Source: Gekko japonicus
Taxonomy: Eukaryota
Direction: 5' to 3'
Assembly: GCF_001447785.1 (NCBI RefSeq)
Contig: NW_015169926.1
Coordinates: forward strand, 23,558 to 83,883
Length of the DNA stretch: 60,326 nucleotides
In this document: piece by piece, positions 22,672 through 36,660 of the stretch
Layout: each line of letters starts with the position of its first letter
How positions within the stretch are numbered: the stretch's first letter is position 1
The notes under the pieces: generated by a model
Database searches by the model: none
What the model was told of the DNA's origin: nothing
Seen by the model: the letters and a program-made list of their open reading frames with translations, nothing else
Made by a program: the position numbers and the translations under genes

Positions 22672-25600
22672 CTGGTGGTGTGTAGGTCCCAGGATCATGT
22701 TTTAAAAGCTGCCTAGGGAGATGGGGACCTCAGACAGGTTACAGTGCCATAGACTCCACCCTCCAACCCAGCTATTTGCTCCTGGGGAACTATTGTTGCC
22801 AATCTTGGCCCAACACCCATCAAACCATTCTCTTCAACCCCCTGCTGTGCAGCATACTTTCCCCTAGGGTTGCCAAACTCCAGGTGGGACCTGGAGATCT
22901 CCCACTGCTACAATTGATTTCCAGATGACAGAGATCAGTTTCCCCTGGAGAAAATGGCTGCTTTGGAGGGTAGACCCTATGACATTATACCTGCTGAGTC
23001 CTTCCGCCCCCCCACCCCGCCCAATGCTGCCCACTACAGAATCCACCCCCCAAAACTCCAGGTATTTCCCTCCTTAGAGCTGGCAACCCTACATTCCCCT
23101 CAATGCCTGTTGGTAGGCAACTAAGCTTGGTCCTGTCACCTACTTTGGCCTTTGGGAGAAAACACATTGGGGCCAGTCCTGATAGGGTTGCCAACTCCAG
23201 ATGGGAAATTCCTGGAGATTTGAGGGATGGAGCCTGAAGAGGGTGAGGTTTGAGTAGGGGTGGGACCTCAGACAGGTACACTGCCATAGACTCCACCCTC
23301 CAAACCAGTCAGTCCCACATAGGGAACCATTGTTGCCAATCTCCAGGTGAGGGCTGGAGAGCACTCAGAATTACAACTGCTCTGCAGAAGGGAGGGCAGA
23401 AGTCAGCTGAAGTCAAAGGGGCAGATAATGGTAGGTTGATGGTTAGCTGGGAAGGAGATGGGGTTGCCAACTACATGCTGACAAATTCCTGGGGATTTGA
23501 GGGGTGGAGCCTGGAGAGGGTGGGGTTTGCAGAGGGGTGGGACCTCAGACAGGTAGAATGCCATAGACTACACCCTCCAAACCAGCCACTTTGTCCTGGG
23601 TAACAATTGCTGCCAATCTCCAGGTGAGGGCTACAGATCACTCACAATTACAACTGCTCTTCAGGTAGCAGAGATCAGTTCCTCTGGAGAAAACAGTGGA
23701 CTCTGTCATTATACCCTGCTGAGGTCACCACAGCAAATTGACACTGTTTGGCCAAAGCCAGAGCACTCCCCCAGAGCCTCTTTCTAGATCTCGTTGTATT
23801 GCTTTCACAACGGGCTTTACTGCTAGTAAATAACATAAATAAATTATCATGCTGCATTTAAGAATGGAAACCCCGACTCCTTCTGTGTGGAAATCTCCAT
23901 TACAAGTCTTCTTGGGGTCGTTATTCCATCTTACCTTCAGATTTGATCTGATTTTCTCATGTTCCCCTTCAGAGAGATGAACCGTTCTATTTCATTTTAT
24001 TTTCATTTTCCCCTCTTTTTTAAAATCATCGTTCTTGTATTTGATTTATTACACCTGTTCTCCTTTTCTTCAGTTAGGTTTTATTTTCATCAGATTTGGG
24101 GAGAGGAGCTTTTCAGTCAAGGATCCCTTTTCAAACCTTTGACTCTCAAAAACTTTCTCTCCCCAAATCCTCTTGGTCTACTGAGTGGCTACTGAACTGG
24201 AATCCTGCTCTTCTACGGCAGACCGATATGGCTACCCTCATGAAACATGATATAGGTCAGTAAATTATTATCCTGAGAACAAATGAGCTTTCTATTCCTA
24301 TGTGAAACTATCCCGACAGCCAAACGTTTCAGGAGTGTTTCAGTAGCGGATTAAAGGGGTGGGTTCACACAGGCACATCTTTCAGGTGTCCCCCAGCCGT
24401 ACTCAAGTACCTGGTGGAAGTGGTAGCAAACTGTGTGTAGAGCAGGTTGATTCCGGTTCTCTGACATGTGAATGCAAGCGCTGCTAAGGCGGGAACAACC
24501 CGCAGTCATTGATAATAGGCAGCTGGCTGTTTTTGCGGCAGGTGACTCTGCACCAATGCGCCCATGCACATAGGTGCATGCAGCGGAGTGCAGAAACAGC
24601 CACTAACAGCCCGCCAGGGGTGGGCCAACAGTGCAAATGCTCCCTTGCACTTCCTCCATGGTATCCTCCCACTTCATTTGCTGCAGTGTGAATGGGAATA
24701 CCGCGACCAAACCGTTCCGGGAATGTTCCGGGTCTTCTTTGCCACGACTCCCTAGCGCTTCAAATTGCCAGTCTGAACTCGGCCTATGTGACGAGAGAAG
24801 TGCCAGCCAGACATCATATCCAACTTTTTATTTGCAGTAGAGATAAGGCCACCAACAAGGCTGTAGACAGGAAATTTGAGAAGTACAGCGTCTGTGCAAG
24901 GAATATGTTGTCCTTCTGTGTCATTAGTATTACTTAGTTCTTTGCTGTATATCTTACAATGTGAGTAAGAAGCATCTGGCAGATGGACCTTTCAGGTAAA
25001 GAGGAAGCCTGTGGTTCTAGACATGCTTTCTCAGGAGGAAGAGCCACTGAACTCAGGAAGCACTTACGTGTGAGCAAGCACACATATGTTTTACAGCTTA
25101 AACAAGAAAGAGTAAAATCCTGCTCAACCAACATGCACTAAATTTGCCCAGACAACAAGACAGGTGGCTAGATTTTGTGCCCAGGTTCACAAGGCGCGTA
25201 AAATGCATGGCAATTAGATTTTTCAATATTTTATCTAAATTATACACAAATTTTATGGCTGTCTTATTTTACCTCTATGTTATAGTCATAGTTTTAAAAA
25301 TTTAAGTATGCCACGATTGGTTTTATCTTATATTTATTATTCAAATGTTTTTATGTACGATGATTGAGTGCACTGGTCGTTGACTGTAACAATACATTTG
25401 ACTTGACTTGGCCCAGTAGGTACCAAATGTACCCCTCTAATTTCCCACTGGTCAACATCTGTCCAGTTGTATCCTCAGCAAACTATCCTGCCCAGGGTCG
25501 TAATGCACAGGTTACACCAAGGGGGGGGGGAAGAGTGAGCGATGTGAACGAGGAAGCAGATGTTTCTTGAGATGCTGGGGAATTAATTCAAGTATGAGTT

Positions 25601-26272
25601 GTATGACTTGGTTGTGATGTTCAGCCCCGGAATAACCATCGAGCAAAATCAGCATGTGCTTAGGGCACCAAGGGAAGGTGGGCACCACAGAGATTATCCC
25701 CCCTAGCTATCACACCCTTAACTCTTTCACTGCCACATATGACCTTAGTCATTTTTTTGTAATTATCCTTATCTGCCACATTCGACTGTAAAGTTTTTGG
25801 CAGATATCACATTTGTTTCCATCTCACAGTGTGAGCGTGTCGCTTCCATCTTGTCAGTTAGGAAGGGCTGTGCTTAGAGCATCAATTGGCCTTAATCCAG
25901 CCTTGGTGATGTGACATCCATGGTGAATGACAGCAGAAAGGCCAAAGAAGTTAGCACTGTAATGGCTCCTTTCAGGGGCACTGGCTTACTTATTTTGACT
26001 TGGTGGGAGGAATATATCTGGATTCGAGGTGTTTATGGAAGGGAAGAAGTATTACAAGAGATGACTCATGGCATTCTAAGGCCATTCTTCTTGGTTGAAG
26101 TGGTGTTATGTGTTTTCAAGGGATATCATAGGGCTGTCTAGACACAGATAATTCATTTTAAATCTTTGATACAGAATCTGCCATAACCCTACAGGTTTTC
26201 CTTATGTGTCGTAGAAGTATGATGAAATCTGCCTATGACAAAGGAAGATGCTTTTGGCACTTGGAATGGGCA

Positions 26273-27241
26273 TCATAACTGGGTTTCAGCTGGGGTTTCC
26301 TCAGTACAGCTTTCTTCCTCCTTGAAAATCTTCTGGAAGACCACCTTTATGCTCTCCTTCTGCCTAGACTTCCATTGTCTCCCAACCAGGATATAAATAG
26401 CTGGGTTTACACTGCTATTTAAACAGGCTAATATTATTGCAACATCTGGTAAGTCCGGTGGTATGTAATTGAAAATATCGAGGATGGCTGTGACATTCAA
26501 CGGAAAAGCAAAGAGGAGGAAGAAGAGAAGGGTGAGCAAGATGATGGTCAAAAGCTTCCCCCTCCGATGTTGTCGTGCTTTCAAACAGACTTTGATGACG
26601 AGGGACACGGTGGCAATCGTCATGACCGGGAGGCACAGCACGGCGTTCACAATAAACTGGTAACACGCTGCCATCTTTTTTTCTTCTAAATTAAGAAACA
26701 GAAGAGTGTAGGTAACCGCGGTAAACAGGAAGGAGAGGACCCAAATTAGTGCACATACAATAGTGGACAAATGTGGTGGCCGGTGGCATCGATGCCACAG
26801 TGGGAAGAAGACGGCCACACACCTGTTGATGCTGATAGCCGTCAGGAGAAATTGACTACTGCTGTACATCGATAGGAAAAGGAACATGAACACTAAGAAC
26901 ATAAGGGGGAAAATATGAAGATATACAATCCACAGATAAGCAACAATAAATGGAACTGAGAGGAGGACCCCTAAATCAGCGATGGCCAAGTTCAGGATGT
27001 AGGTGCTGAAAGGATTCCTCCTAATGTGGAAGCCAAGAAGCCAGATGACAATGCCATTCCCCACGGCTCCGAAAATGCAGATGATAATAACTACGCTATC
27101 ATTGATTCTTGTTTCTCTTTCATAATCATTGGTATTATTAGATAAAATCTCTTTTGAAACATTCTCATAGCTGATACTGTCATTTGGGAAGGAAGAGTAA
27201 GTATAAATCGGGTTATCAAAATGATCCAGGGCAGCATCCAT
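26273..27241 (-). CDS. Mas-related GPCR, paralog C, 322 aa, intact (NRC instead of DRC)
   Basis: Same motifs as paralog B; acceptor at 27324-27325. Confidence 0.95.
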   Translation of the reverse strand: MDAALDHFDNPIYTYSSFPNDSISYENVSKEILSNNTNDYERETRINDSVVIIICIFGAVGNGIVIWLLGFHIRRNPFSTYILNLAIADLGVLLSVPFIVAYLWIVYLHIFPLMFLVFMFLFLSMYSSSQFLLTAISINRCVAVFFPLWHRCHRPPHLSTIVCALIWVLSFLFTAVTYTLLFLNLEEKKMAACYQFIVNAVLCLPVMTIATVSLVIKVCLKARQHRRGKLLTIILLTLLFFLLFAFPLNVTAILDIFNYIPPDLPDVAIILACLNSSVNPAIYILVGRQWKSRQKESIKVVFQKIFKEEESCTEETPAETQL

Positions 27242-27359
27242 AACGGGAAGGGTTGTCAGGCTAATATTGGTTATGATGCTCAGTTTCTTCTTTCGGGATT
27301 TTGGTCTCGACTTGTCTTCACATCTGTTAGGAGAAAGGAAACAATGGATGGTTCAGTTC

Positions 27360-27880
27360 TTGTTTTGGAAACACATGTCTAAAAGCTTCAGCCTGGTGTT
27401 GCTGCAGTTTTCAGCCTGGTGTTCCTCAATCCATTTCAAAATGGGTCGTGGTTGCTCCATTCTGGCTCCCAACTTATAGAATCGCCTGTCTAAGGAGGTC
27501 AGCAGGGCTCCCACTCTCACCTGGCTTTCTGCAAACAATGCAAAATGGAATTATTCAAGAAGGCTTATCTGCATAGGTAATAGGCTTGCACTGTAACAAG
27601 ATGGTTTAGAAGCTTACCTGGCGAAACAATTATGGACTGTGGTCTATACTGCTGTGTATAGCTTAATGCATGTAGGATCCTATTCAATCATTCTTGTACT
27701 GCTTAATGTGTCAAGTTAATACTTATGGTATGCGTCACTTCTTTCTGGTTTCCAGACTTCTACAAGCCTACTGCATTGCTTACTGAATGTCTCATTTTTT
27801 GTGATTGTGCTGGCTCACGATGCGTCATCTGCCTTGAGTCCCTTTGAGAAAGCTTGACTACAAAACGAGTAAATAAATAC
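27360..27880 (+). mobile_element. Degenerate L2-like LINE 3' end in the intron (paralogous copies at 47838-48763 and 54046-54165)
   Basis: Vestigial SIVAPVLWDCLP..KMELF frame and a (TAAA)n tail. Confidence 0.55.
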
Positions 27881-27962
27881 ATTATTGCTGAGGTTTATTT
27901 GAAATAAAGGCCATTACTCTTTCATCCCCCCCCCTCGCTTTATGCTAGTCTATGTCTATGGT

Positions 27963-28306
27963 GGCTCAAGTGGTTAAGACGCTGAACTGCAGGCTGTGGA
28001 AGGTTGGTAGTTCAGCAGTTCGAGACCCGAGTGTGCCGCATGACGGAGTGAGCTCCCGTCTCTAGTTCCAGCTCCTGCCAACCTAGCAGTTTGAAAGCAA
28101 GAAATTGCAAGTAGATAAATGGGGACCACTTCAGTGGGAAGGTAACAGCGTTCCGTGTGCCTTGGTGTTTAGTCATGCCGGCCACATGACCACGGAAACA
28201 GTCTTCGGACAGCGCTGGCTCTTCGGCTTTGAAACGGAGATGAGCACCGCAACCCTAGAGTCGGATTCGACTGGCTTTCGAGCAAGGGAACCTTTACCTT
28301 TTACTT
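27963..28306 (+). mobile_element. Sauria SINE, full length
   Basis: A box TGGCTCAAGTGG, B box GTTCGAGAC, core CCAGCTCCTGCCAACCTAGCAGTT, (ACCTTT) tail, TSD TATGTCTATGGT. Confidence 0.88.
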
Positions 28307-28905
28307 TATGTCTATGGTAATAGCTGTATAATTCCACCTAGGAATTCCCTCGTGGGTTCCAGTTATTGTAACCGCACTCCGCTCATCTGCAGACTTACAG
28401 CTGGGAGACAGAAAGGGGGTTGAAGTAGGGAGCCAGCAAGCTGCAAGCACAGACAATCAAGCTCTTGGTTCTGCAAGTGAGTCTTGAGGAAGCAGGACAA
28501 TGGCTCCCTTCCTCACTTGCCAGGTCATATCCACAAGGGACAGAGGCTAGGGATGAGCATGAACCTGCTCGCGATCTAAAGTTTGTGATGAATGTTGGCT
28601 TGTTTGTGGTTTGCAAACGGAAGGTAGTGGCAGGTCAACTGGCATGGACTTTCCATGGACTTTCAAGCAGTCTCTGGTGGTGCGTGAATGGAATCTGAAG
28701 TCTCTAGCTTGCACAGTCTGTTCCATACACTCCTGAAACTCCTGAACATATGCCTGTCATTTCCACAGAAAGTACTTTTCTTGGAGGCACCTTCCTTGGG
28801 GGTGGCCATAACTCAGAACCCATAAATACAATTCTCATCAAACTGGGAGGGCAGGTAGAATGGAGTCAGACAGAGATCCTCTGCAAGTGCGACATCTCTA
28901 GGATG

Positions 28906-29996
28906 TGTTGGGGAATGTGCAAATAAATTGCTTTTTATTTGTGTTTGCTGACATACACACACACACACCTGGACAGTGCCTGCAAGTTCTATGGGTTTTG
29001 GGAATGCTGTGTACTTTTGCTGATGTGGCTGTTGCACCTGGAAGCTGCTGGTTTGTCTGCACTGGTATGCTAATGCCACAGTGGGAAGAAGACGGCAACT
29101 CCATTGTGGTCAGCCAAGGAGTGATTAAAAACAACAACTTGTCCACCATGGAAGGATTACAAGCTAACAGGTAACCCTGAAAGGATCTGGTTTGCATCTG
29201 AAGAGACTATTTCCTGTTTACAGCTTGGGACCAAGCTAAAGTGATTTACAAGTCAAAGGTTGCCTTGACAACATCCACCCACCTTGACCAGATGCATTCC
29301 TTGAGCTAAGATCTAGAATTACAACATTGTCCCTCCCCTAGGGAAAACCTGCCCCTTTACACACTCAGCCAACCCAGAGTAATCATAGGTTGGTCTTAGA
29401 GGAGGTGGGATCCAAACAGGCAAAGCGCCTCCCACCTGGAATATAACTGACAGAGCACATTTTTAATCTGTGCACTTTGCACTTTGCACTCTGCACTCTG
29501 CACTTCTCCAGCTACCAACCCCCACACACACCTTCCTTTTAGGCAAGGCTCTTTGTGTGTGAACTCTCTGAAGATATACAACCTTACAGCTGCAGAGATT
29601 TCATGCCCACATTAGCTGGCTTGTTCTAAGCAATGTGGAAGAGCAAGTGATCCAAGAAATCCTTTTCTTAGTCTCCAATCTACTACTGCAACAGGACAGC
29701 TTCTGATCAGGCAAGTATGGAGCGAAATACCTACCCCAGACTCCCAAGTAACTAAGGAAACAATTTTGTATTCTTTTCTTTATTGCTATAGGAAATTTGT
29801 ATGTATGTAAGAGTGATTCTGTTTTTGTGTGCTTGTGAATTAAATACCATTCAGTAAAGAGAACAACTGATTTACAGACACCTTGTCGCGTTGTCTCTTT
29901 GGGTTGGATTCTCATTCTGATTCTTATCTCTGTATACACGGGCCGAAACCCCCCCTTAGCCCCCGCTGTACATAAAAAGCGGTATCTCGGCTAACA
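28906..29996 (+). mobile_element. Solo LTR (~1.09 kb), distantly related to 20326-21395
   Basis: TGTT...AACA, TSD GATG, shared CCAAGTAACTAAG and CAGTAAA motifs; empty paralogous site at ~49400. Confidence 0.82.
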
Positions 29997-31186
29997 GATG
30001 GCTGGAAGGAATTCTACCATGTCACAAACGGAACTGGTTTATTTGAGACCTAAAAGTTCAAGATGGTTCCTGGCTCAAGAACCGGGCACATCACAAACTA
30101 CGAACCAACAAGAATTGCATTTTCCCAGTTCATGCCCATCCCTAACAGAAACTGCTAAGAGCCAAATGGCTAGAAGAAAACTCTTCCTTTGGAACAGGAA
30201 GGGACAGAAAGTTTATCCCAAGGGGGGGGGGAGAGGGAGAAAGAGGTTATTTAAGCTCAGGGCACAAGGAAGAAGCTATCTCTTCTACAGCTTTGGATCA
30301 GGGTGGCACAAGCCAAGGGAGGCACAAGCATAGAGATAGAGGATTGAATCTATTCACCTTTTCTTTGTTCCCTTACTCAGCCTGAAAACCTGGACAGAAG
30401 AAGTGTATTCTCTTATTCATCTGTTGAACTTTCTCATATTATGAATTCCTTAAATCTGTCCACTGAACCCACATCACACCTATTCAGCCTTGCTATTGGT
30501 AGCACAGTAATGGGGAGGAGCAACAGGTCAGCTCACCATCCCTGGAGTGCAGTACTTTGAAACTGCAGGGTTTGGGTAACAAATCCCTTGCTAGTTGGCA
30601 GAGTGAAGTGGGAAGATGCAGCTGGTAGAGCCTTTAAACTGCAATGCAGGTGTGACTCTCTTTAGCAGGAAATACCCTATGACTCCCTGGTGGCAACAGA
30701 ACTTACCAAGTCTCCTTTGGTGTCTGCTGGGAAATGAGGGGGAAGGGGTGGTGTCACTGTGCAGCAGCTTGGGAGGACTACAAGGTTTTCCAACTCCCTG
30801 GTGACCTACCTGAGGGAACAGAAAGGGATTTGCGAGTCACCCTTCACAGTATTCTAGATTAGTTTCATTCTGTATGTTCTTACAGATATCCTAACTCTTA
30901 TTTTCTAAATTATATTTCCATGGATAATGAAAACAAATTATCTCTTGGGATCAAAATTATCTTCTTAAAGAAAGCTGAGATATAAGGAAAAAGGGCATAG
31001 CTCCACAAAGGAAGGACCTAGAAACTTTCAATGGTATACTGATGTATCGATGTTTTAATGCCATTTTTTTTTAAAAGATGGGGTTTTTGTGACATCAATT
31101 ATGACAGCATCCTCCCTTGCAAGTCCATTGTTGCTACACAGAGCCAGGCAATGGTAAACCACCTGTGTTTGTTCTTTGTCAGGGTT

Positions 31187-31457
31187 GAAGAAGAAGAGGA
31201 GGAGGAGGAGGAGGAGGAGTTTGGATTTATACCTGCCCTTCACTCGGAATCTCAGAGCGACATACAAACCCCTTTCCCTTCTCTCCCCACAACAGACACC
31301 ATGTGAAGTAGGTGGGGCTGAGAGAGCTCTTTCAAGAACTGCTCTGACAGAACTATGGCTTCCCAAAGGTCATCCAGCAGCTGCAAGTGGAGGATTGGGG
31401 AATCAAACCTGGCTCTCCCAGATTAGAGTCTGCGCACTTAACCACTACACCAAACTG
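31187..31457 (-). mobile_element. tRNA-derived SINE (Squam3-like)
   Basis: Same family; (GAG/GAA)n tail on the + strand. Confidence 0.75.
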
Positions 31458-33640
31458 ACTCTCACTTATGGTTGCCATGAGTCAGCAGCAAATTCACGAC
31501 AATTTCACCACCAGTATGTGCACACAGTTCTCTAAACTTCCCTCTTTTGGTTTAAAATAATAGTAAGTTCTTATCTACTTCTGTTGCAGAATTATAAAGG
31601 GAAAGGCATATCTCTGCAATGGAAGGTGTTAGAGATTTTTTGTCAATGAAAGCTGGGAATTCCGAAAACCCAGCATACATATTACTATACAGTTATCTCT
31701 CCTTATATATAGTTATGTTTTGGTCATGGACTCCCCTGAACATTCCAACATGCTCCAAAATCAGTTGGCTGAATGATCTGTCATTCAGAGGGTCTCCCTA
31801 TCCACTGGCTGTGTTGCCTGAGTCCTGCCTCCAACATTCTAAACAGTTTGCTGTTCCTCTCCCCCCCCCCATAGCCAGTCAGAACACAGAGGTCATTTGC
31901 ATATTTGGCCTGATTGGGCTTTGCCTCTAACTTTCTAAATAGTCTGCTGTTGCTGTTGGGAGTCCTGAGGTAAAATACATATCCCAAACTCCCTGTGGGG
32001 CCTGGAGATCTCCCCAGCCACAGCACATCATTTCCCCTACAGAAAATTTCCCAGGTATTACAACTGATGTCCAGATGACCAAGTTCAGTTCTCCTGGAGA
32101 CAATGTCTGCTTTGGCCAGAGGACCCTATGGCATTATACCCTGCTGAGGTCCCTCCCCACCCCAAACCCTGCCCTCCCCAGGCTCTACCCCTCAAATCTA
32201 CAGGTATATCCCAACCCAGAGTTGGCAACCCTGCAACTGGCTATGGAACTGTTTCCCAGACTCTTGGAAAGCAGAAGACATGGCATAGGAGGAGGTGGTT
32301 TTCTACCTTAGCTGCAACTAGGTAAAGGTAAATTTATTTTATTTTATTTATTTATTAAACTTATACCCCGCCCTCCCCACAAGCGGGCTCAGGGCGGCTT
32401 CCATAAAGCATAAATACATTAAAATACACAATATTGTACCAAACAATAAAACATTATAAATACAAAGTGCTGGCAGCTAATTNNNNNNNNNNNNNNNNNN
32501 NNNNNNNNNNNNNNNNNNNNNNNNNNNNNNNNNNNNNNNNNNNNNNNNNNNNNNNNNNNNNNNNNNNNNNNNNNNNNNNNNNNNNNNNNNNNNNNNNNNN
32601 NNNNNNNNNNNNNNNNNNNNNNNNNNNNNNNNNNNNNNNNNNNNNNNACTTGAGACACCCCTGCCTTATAGCTAAGCAGAAGGAAATAAAAATGGCTTGC
32701 CTCCCTCTATTTTCCCCTTCCCTCTGCCACCTCACCAGCCACAGCCGGGACACTCACCTGGAGCTTCCTTCTAGATACCGTTGTATTTCTTCCCACAATG
32801 GACCTTACTCCTAGTAGCGATATAATGCTATTCAGTTGCTGATATATATATATTTTTTTTTAAAAAGGTCCTCTGGGAGCAGGGGAAGAAATGGCTGTTG
32901 GGCAGCCAACCCTGGAGGAAGTTCAGAAGCCCATCAAGATGCAAAGCACCAACATGGTTCATTTTCAGATCCCCCTCCCCATTCATCACACGACAATCAG
33001 CTTTTGAAAATTAAAGAAATCTCAAAAGCAGCTTCTGGAGTGGTATTGACAGGGGTGACAATCTACTGTCACTAAATACACAGTTGGTTGGGGTTTGCGC
33101 CAGCCCTTCCCCACACCTGAAGATGTTTGAATCTGAGTCTCGATTGGAATTCATTTCGTAATATTCATTATATACCTTCTTCTTGGGCTCAAGACAGGTA
33201 ATGCAGATTTACCAAACCAATGCATTGCTTTTTATCTCTGAAGGATTCACAATAACTATAGTACAAAATGACAGCTGAAGCGAGCTCTAGCTCTGGAATC
33301 AAGATCTAGATGGGAAGGAAGCCCAGTGAAGTGCATTTTGTTCTTTCATCTTATCTAAACATAAGTTTAAACAAGTGAAGACGAAGGGCAGTGGAGTGAG
33401 TTCAGGGCCCATCTAGATGTAGAGCAAGAAAGAATCACTTCTAACGGTCATATCCTCGAGAGGAAGAGATACGGCGATGATCATGTTTGTTCAGTTTGAT
33501 AGCATGCGTCTTCTAGACTCACATGATTCAGCTCCGCGTGGCTCAGGACTCGGGAGATTTTAGAAAACTGTCAGAACTGGAGAATGGGTAAGGTTTATTT
33601 ACTTCTGTAGACCTACCGGAATACCACTGGAGGACAGGAC

Positions 33641-33845
33641 CAATGTTCCCTCTAAGCTGTGGGGTCTTGTGAGCAAAAATTCTACTTTGTGAGCTACTGG
33701 CATTAAAGTTGTGAGCCAGCGATTTGGCTCCTGCATAAATTAGTTGGCTCTGGAGCCATTCTTCCTGAGCTAAGACAAAAATTTGTGAGCCAGAGGCTAA
33801 AAACCTGTGAGCTAGCTCACGCTAACTCAGCTTAGAGGGAACACT
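33641..33845. mobile_element. hAT-like MITE
   Basis: TIR CAATGTTCCCTCTAAGCTG / CAGCTTAGAGGGAACACT; a half copy is at ~41170-41279. Confidence 0.75.
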
Positions 33846-34287
33846 TTATTTACTCCTGTAGACAGGACACATTTGCATTTTCCAGTTATTTTTATCCATC
33901 TCCAGGTTGTAAAAGCATAACTAAAAAAAGTAGAGAAAAAATAAAAAAAATAAAGTAATAGCCACAACTGCTCGCAGGTGAACTGCAGTTATGCATTGAT
34001 CCTGGCTCCCCAGTCCTATGTACATATCTGCATTTTCCTATGTGTGGTCAAGAGCAGATTAGATGACTCCTGTAAGACATAGAAAATGCATGCTCAGTGA
34101 CTGAGGGAAGGAGACAGTGCTCCTGGGGGTCCATCTACACATTACAAAGCCTTTTTGTGTGCTTGGGACCCACATGAGGATTTTGCACCTCATATGCACT
34201 GATCCAGATGGGAACACCAAACAATAGCTGGGTTACAGATTTACCCTTCCATACATGAATGGCTTCAGGGACATGCTAATTATTTAT

Positions 34288-34470
34288 CAGGGCTCTTTTT
34301 GTAGCAGGAACTCCTTTGCATATTAGGCGACACGCCCCTAATGTCGCCAATCCTACAAAAGCTTGCAGAGCTCTTCTTACAAGGTCTACTGTAAGCTCTT
34401 GGAGGATTGGCTACATTAGGGGGTGGGTCGCCTAATATGCAATGGAGTTCCTGCCACAAAAAGAGCCCTG
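34288..34470. mobile_element. Palindromic hAT-like MITE
   Basis: CAGGGCTCTTTTTGT..ACAAAAAGAGCCCTG; related elements at ~17793-18120 and ~58049-58236. Confidence 0.75.
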
Positions 34471-35874
34471 CTTATCATATTTATGAATCTCCCAGTCCCT
34501 GCCACAGCAGGGCTCTTGGCGATGTACAATAGCCATAGAACAAACAAGACAAAGTCAGAACATTAATAAAACATTTCAACCATCAGATGGTGAATAATTA
34601 TCCAATCCCAGTTTCAACTGCCAGCTACTTTGCACATGGTAGGGAGGGCGAGGTAGATGTAAATAGCAGAGAACAGAGAAGGGTGCCAGCCGAGATGGAA
34701 CTCTCACTGTCCTCAACTAAAAGCCTGGTGGAACATCTCTGCCTTACACGCTCTGTGGAAATACATCAGACATGGCAGAGAGTTCCACCAGGTTGGGGCC
34801 AGGACCAGAAAGGCCCTGCCCTGGTTGAGGACAGCCGGATGTCTTTAGGGTCGGGGACCACCAGCAGATCGCTGTCTAAGGAGCACAATGCTCCCCTGGG
34901 GACATAACGGAGGAGACTAGCACCATGGATGTTAAAAGGGGGTAACATGGCAGTGCTGGGACATTTGGTTAGTATAGCAGAGTCTGTCCAGTTATAGAAG
35001 AATGACAATGAATACAGGGGGGTGGGGGGTAGCCGTAGAAGTATATTGCAAAAATGGTACATTTGCTTTTCTTTAAGTAGATCCAGTTCACATTCAGGTT
35101 GCAGTCAAAGGAAGAGAGAGAAGCCTAACCTAAAGAGTGCTTTCCCTATCACAAATGGCCAGCTTTTCTGGCATCATGTGTCTAATAGGACGAGGGGCCA
35201 GGCATTGTATCTACAGGGGAGACCTGCAAAGACAGGGATCTCCATGGAAGGCCATGAGGAGAGAGGGAGAGGACAAAGCAAGCGAGATAAGAGGGGTCAG
35301 AGGCCAACTCCCGGGTTAAGACAGAGATCCCATTCAAGGAGATAACACCTATACACCCTTAGAGTAATGTAGCCCCCCCCCCCAATATCCAGGCCTCCTG
35401 AGTTGCTCTCTCCAACAAACAGATATGCTGTAACGGGCCAAGTTAAGTGCATATTTTCATTGGATTGACCAGCCTTTATTATATCAACAGTTTACCCCAC
35501 AATATCTGAATGGATTTATTTGTTCCTCAGAGTACTCCCTTGAGCAGAAATTGGCTCCACCATAAAGCTCCCATTTCTTACATGGCTACAGTGGACCCAG
35601 TCTGAGCTCCACTGGGAAGTTTGGAGTCTAAAGCCGATTTGCCCCGTCTGTTGTGGTTACAAACAGAAAAAAGTTGGCATGAACCTGGAAGGCACAAAAT
35701 TCCCATCACACATTTCATACCTGTCCCTCAACAAACATGAGGAGCATGTAGATGGAGCCTCACATGAACTTGGTCCACCATTTCTGAGAGGTCCACCATT
35801 TTGGAGAGGCATTCTAATGAAATAGGGGAAATACTGATGGTGACACAGAGATGTCAAAGATCCCTTCGACTCCC

Positions 35875-36456
35875 GGAAGGTTTATTTTACCATATGTGGT
35901 GGACATGCGAAAAAGCTGTGGACTTCTGGACCAGGGTCCACAGCCAAATGCAAAAGATTCTGAAATGTTCCTTTAAGAAAGCACCAGAAATTCTGCTCTT
36001 AGGACTTAAAATGGAAGAACTGAATATTACAAAAAGGACTCTATTTTGGTATCTGATTACAACGGCGAGACTACTCTATGCACAATGTTGGAAACAAGAA
36101 AGAATTCCAGAGTTAGAAGAATGGATACAAAAAACTTTGTTTATGGCGGAGATGGAAAAAAATTACAAAAAAAATTGAATAACAAAGAAGATCAGGAATT
36201 CTATGAAGAGTGGAGAGACTTTAAGGTTTACCTAGAAAAGAACTGGGATGTGAAACATAACTTACTATATTTGGAACAATATTGAAATAAGAATAGGATG
36301 TTATCTTAAGCTGTGCTGGAGGGACGAGGGGGGAAGCATTGCGGGAAGCCAGCGGGAGGGAGATATTGGTATGGGGTTAAAACTGAAATATTAACTTGAA
36401 CTGATGATAGGTCAATATTTTCATGAAAATAAAACTGTGTTAAAAAAAAGGGGAAA
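35875..36456 (+). mobile_element. L1 lineage B-related, 5'-truncated, 19-bp TSD
   Basis: TSD AAAGATCCCTTCGACTCCC at 35856-35874 and 36457-36475; FYHMWWTC motif; one frameshift in an A-run. Confidence 0.92.
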
Positions 36457-36629
36457 AAAGATCCCTTCGACTCCCAAAAGCTTATGCTCTGAGAATCTTG
36501 TGGGTCTCTAAGATGCTACTGGACTTTAATTTAGTGGTTCTGAAAGGGTCAAGCACATCTACCCTCTTAAACTAAAATGATAGAGAGAGAAAATGAGGAA
36601 ACTGGAATGGAATCAGAGAAAGGGAGAGG

Positions 36630-36660
<31 letters not shown>

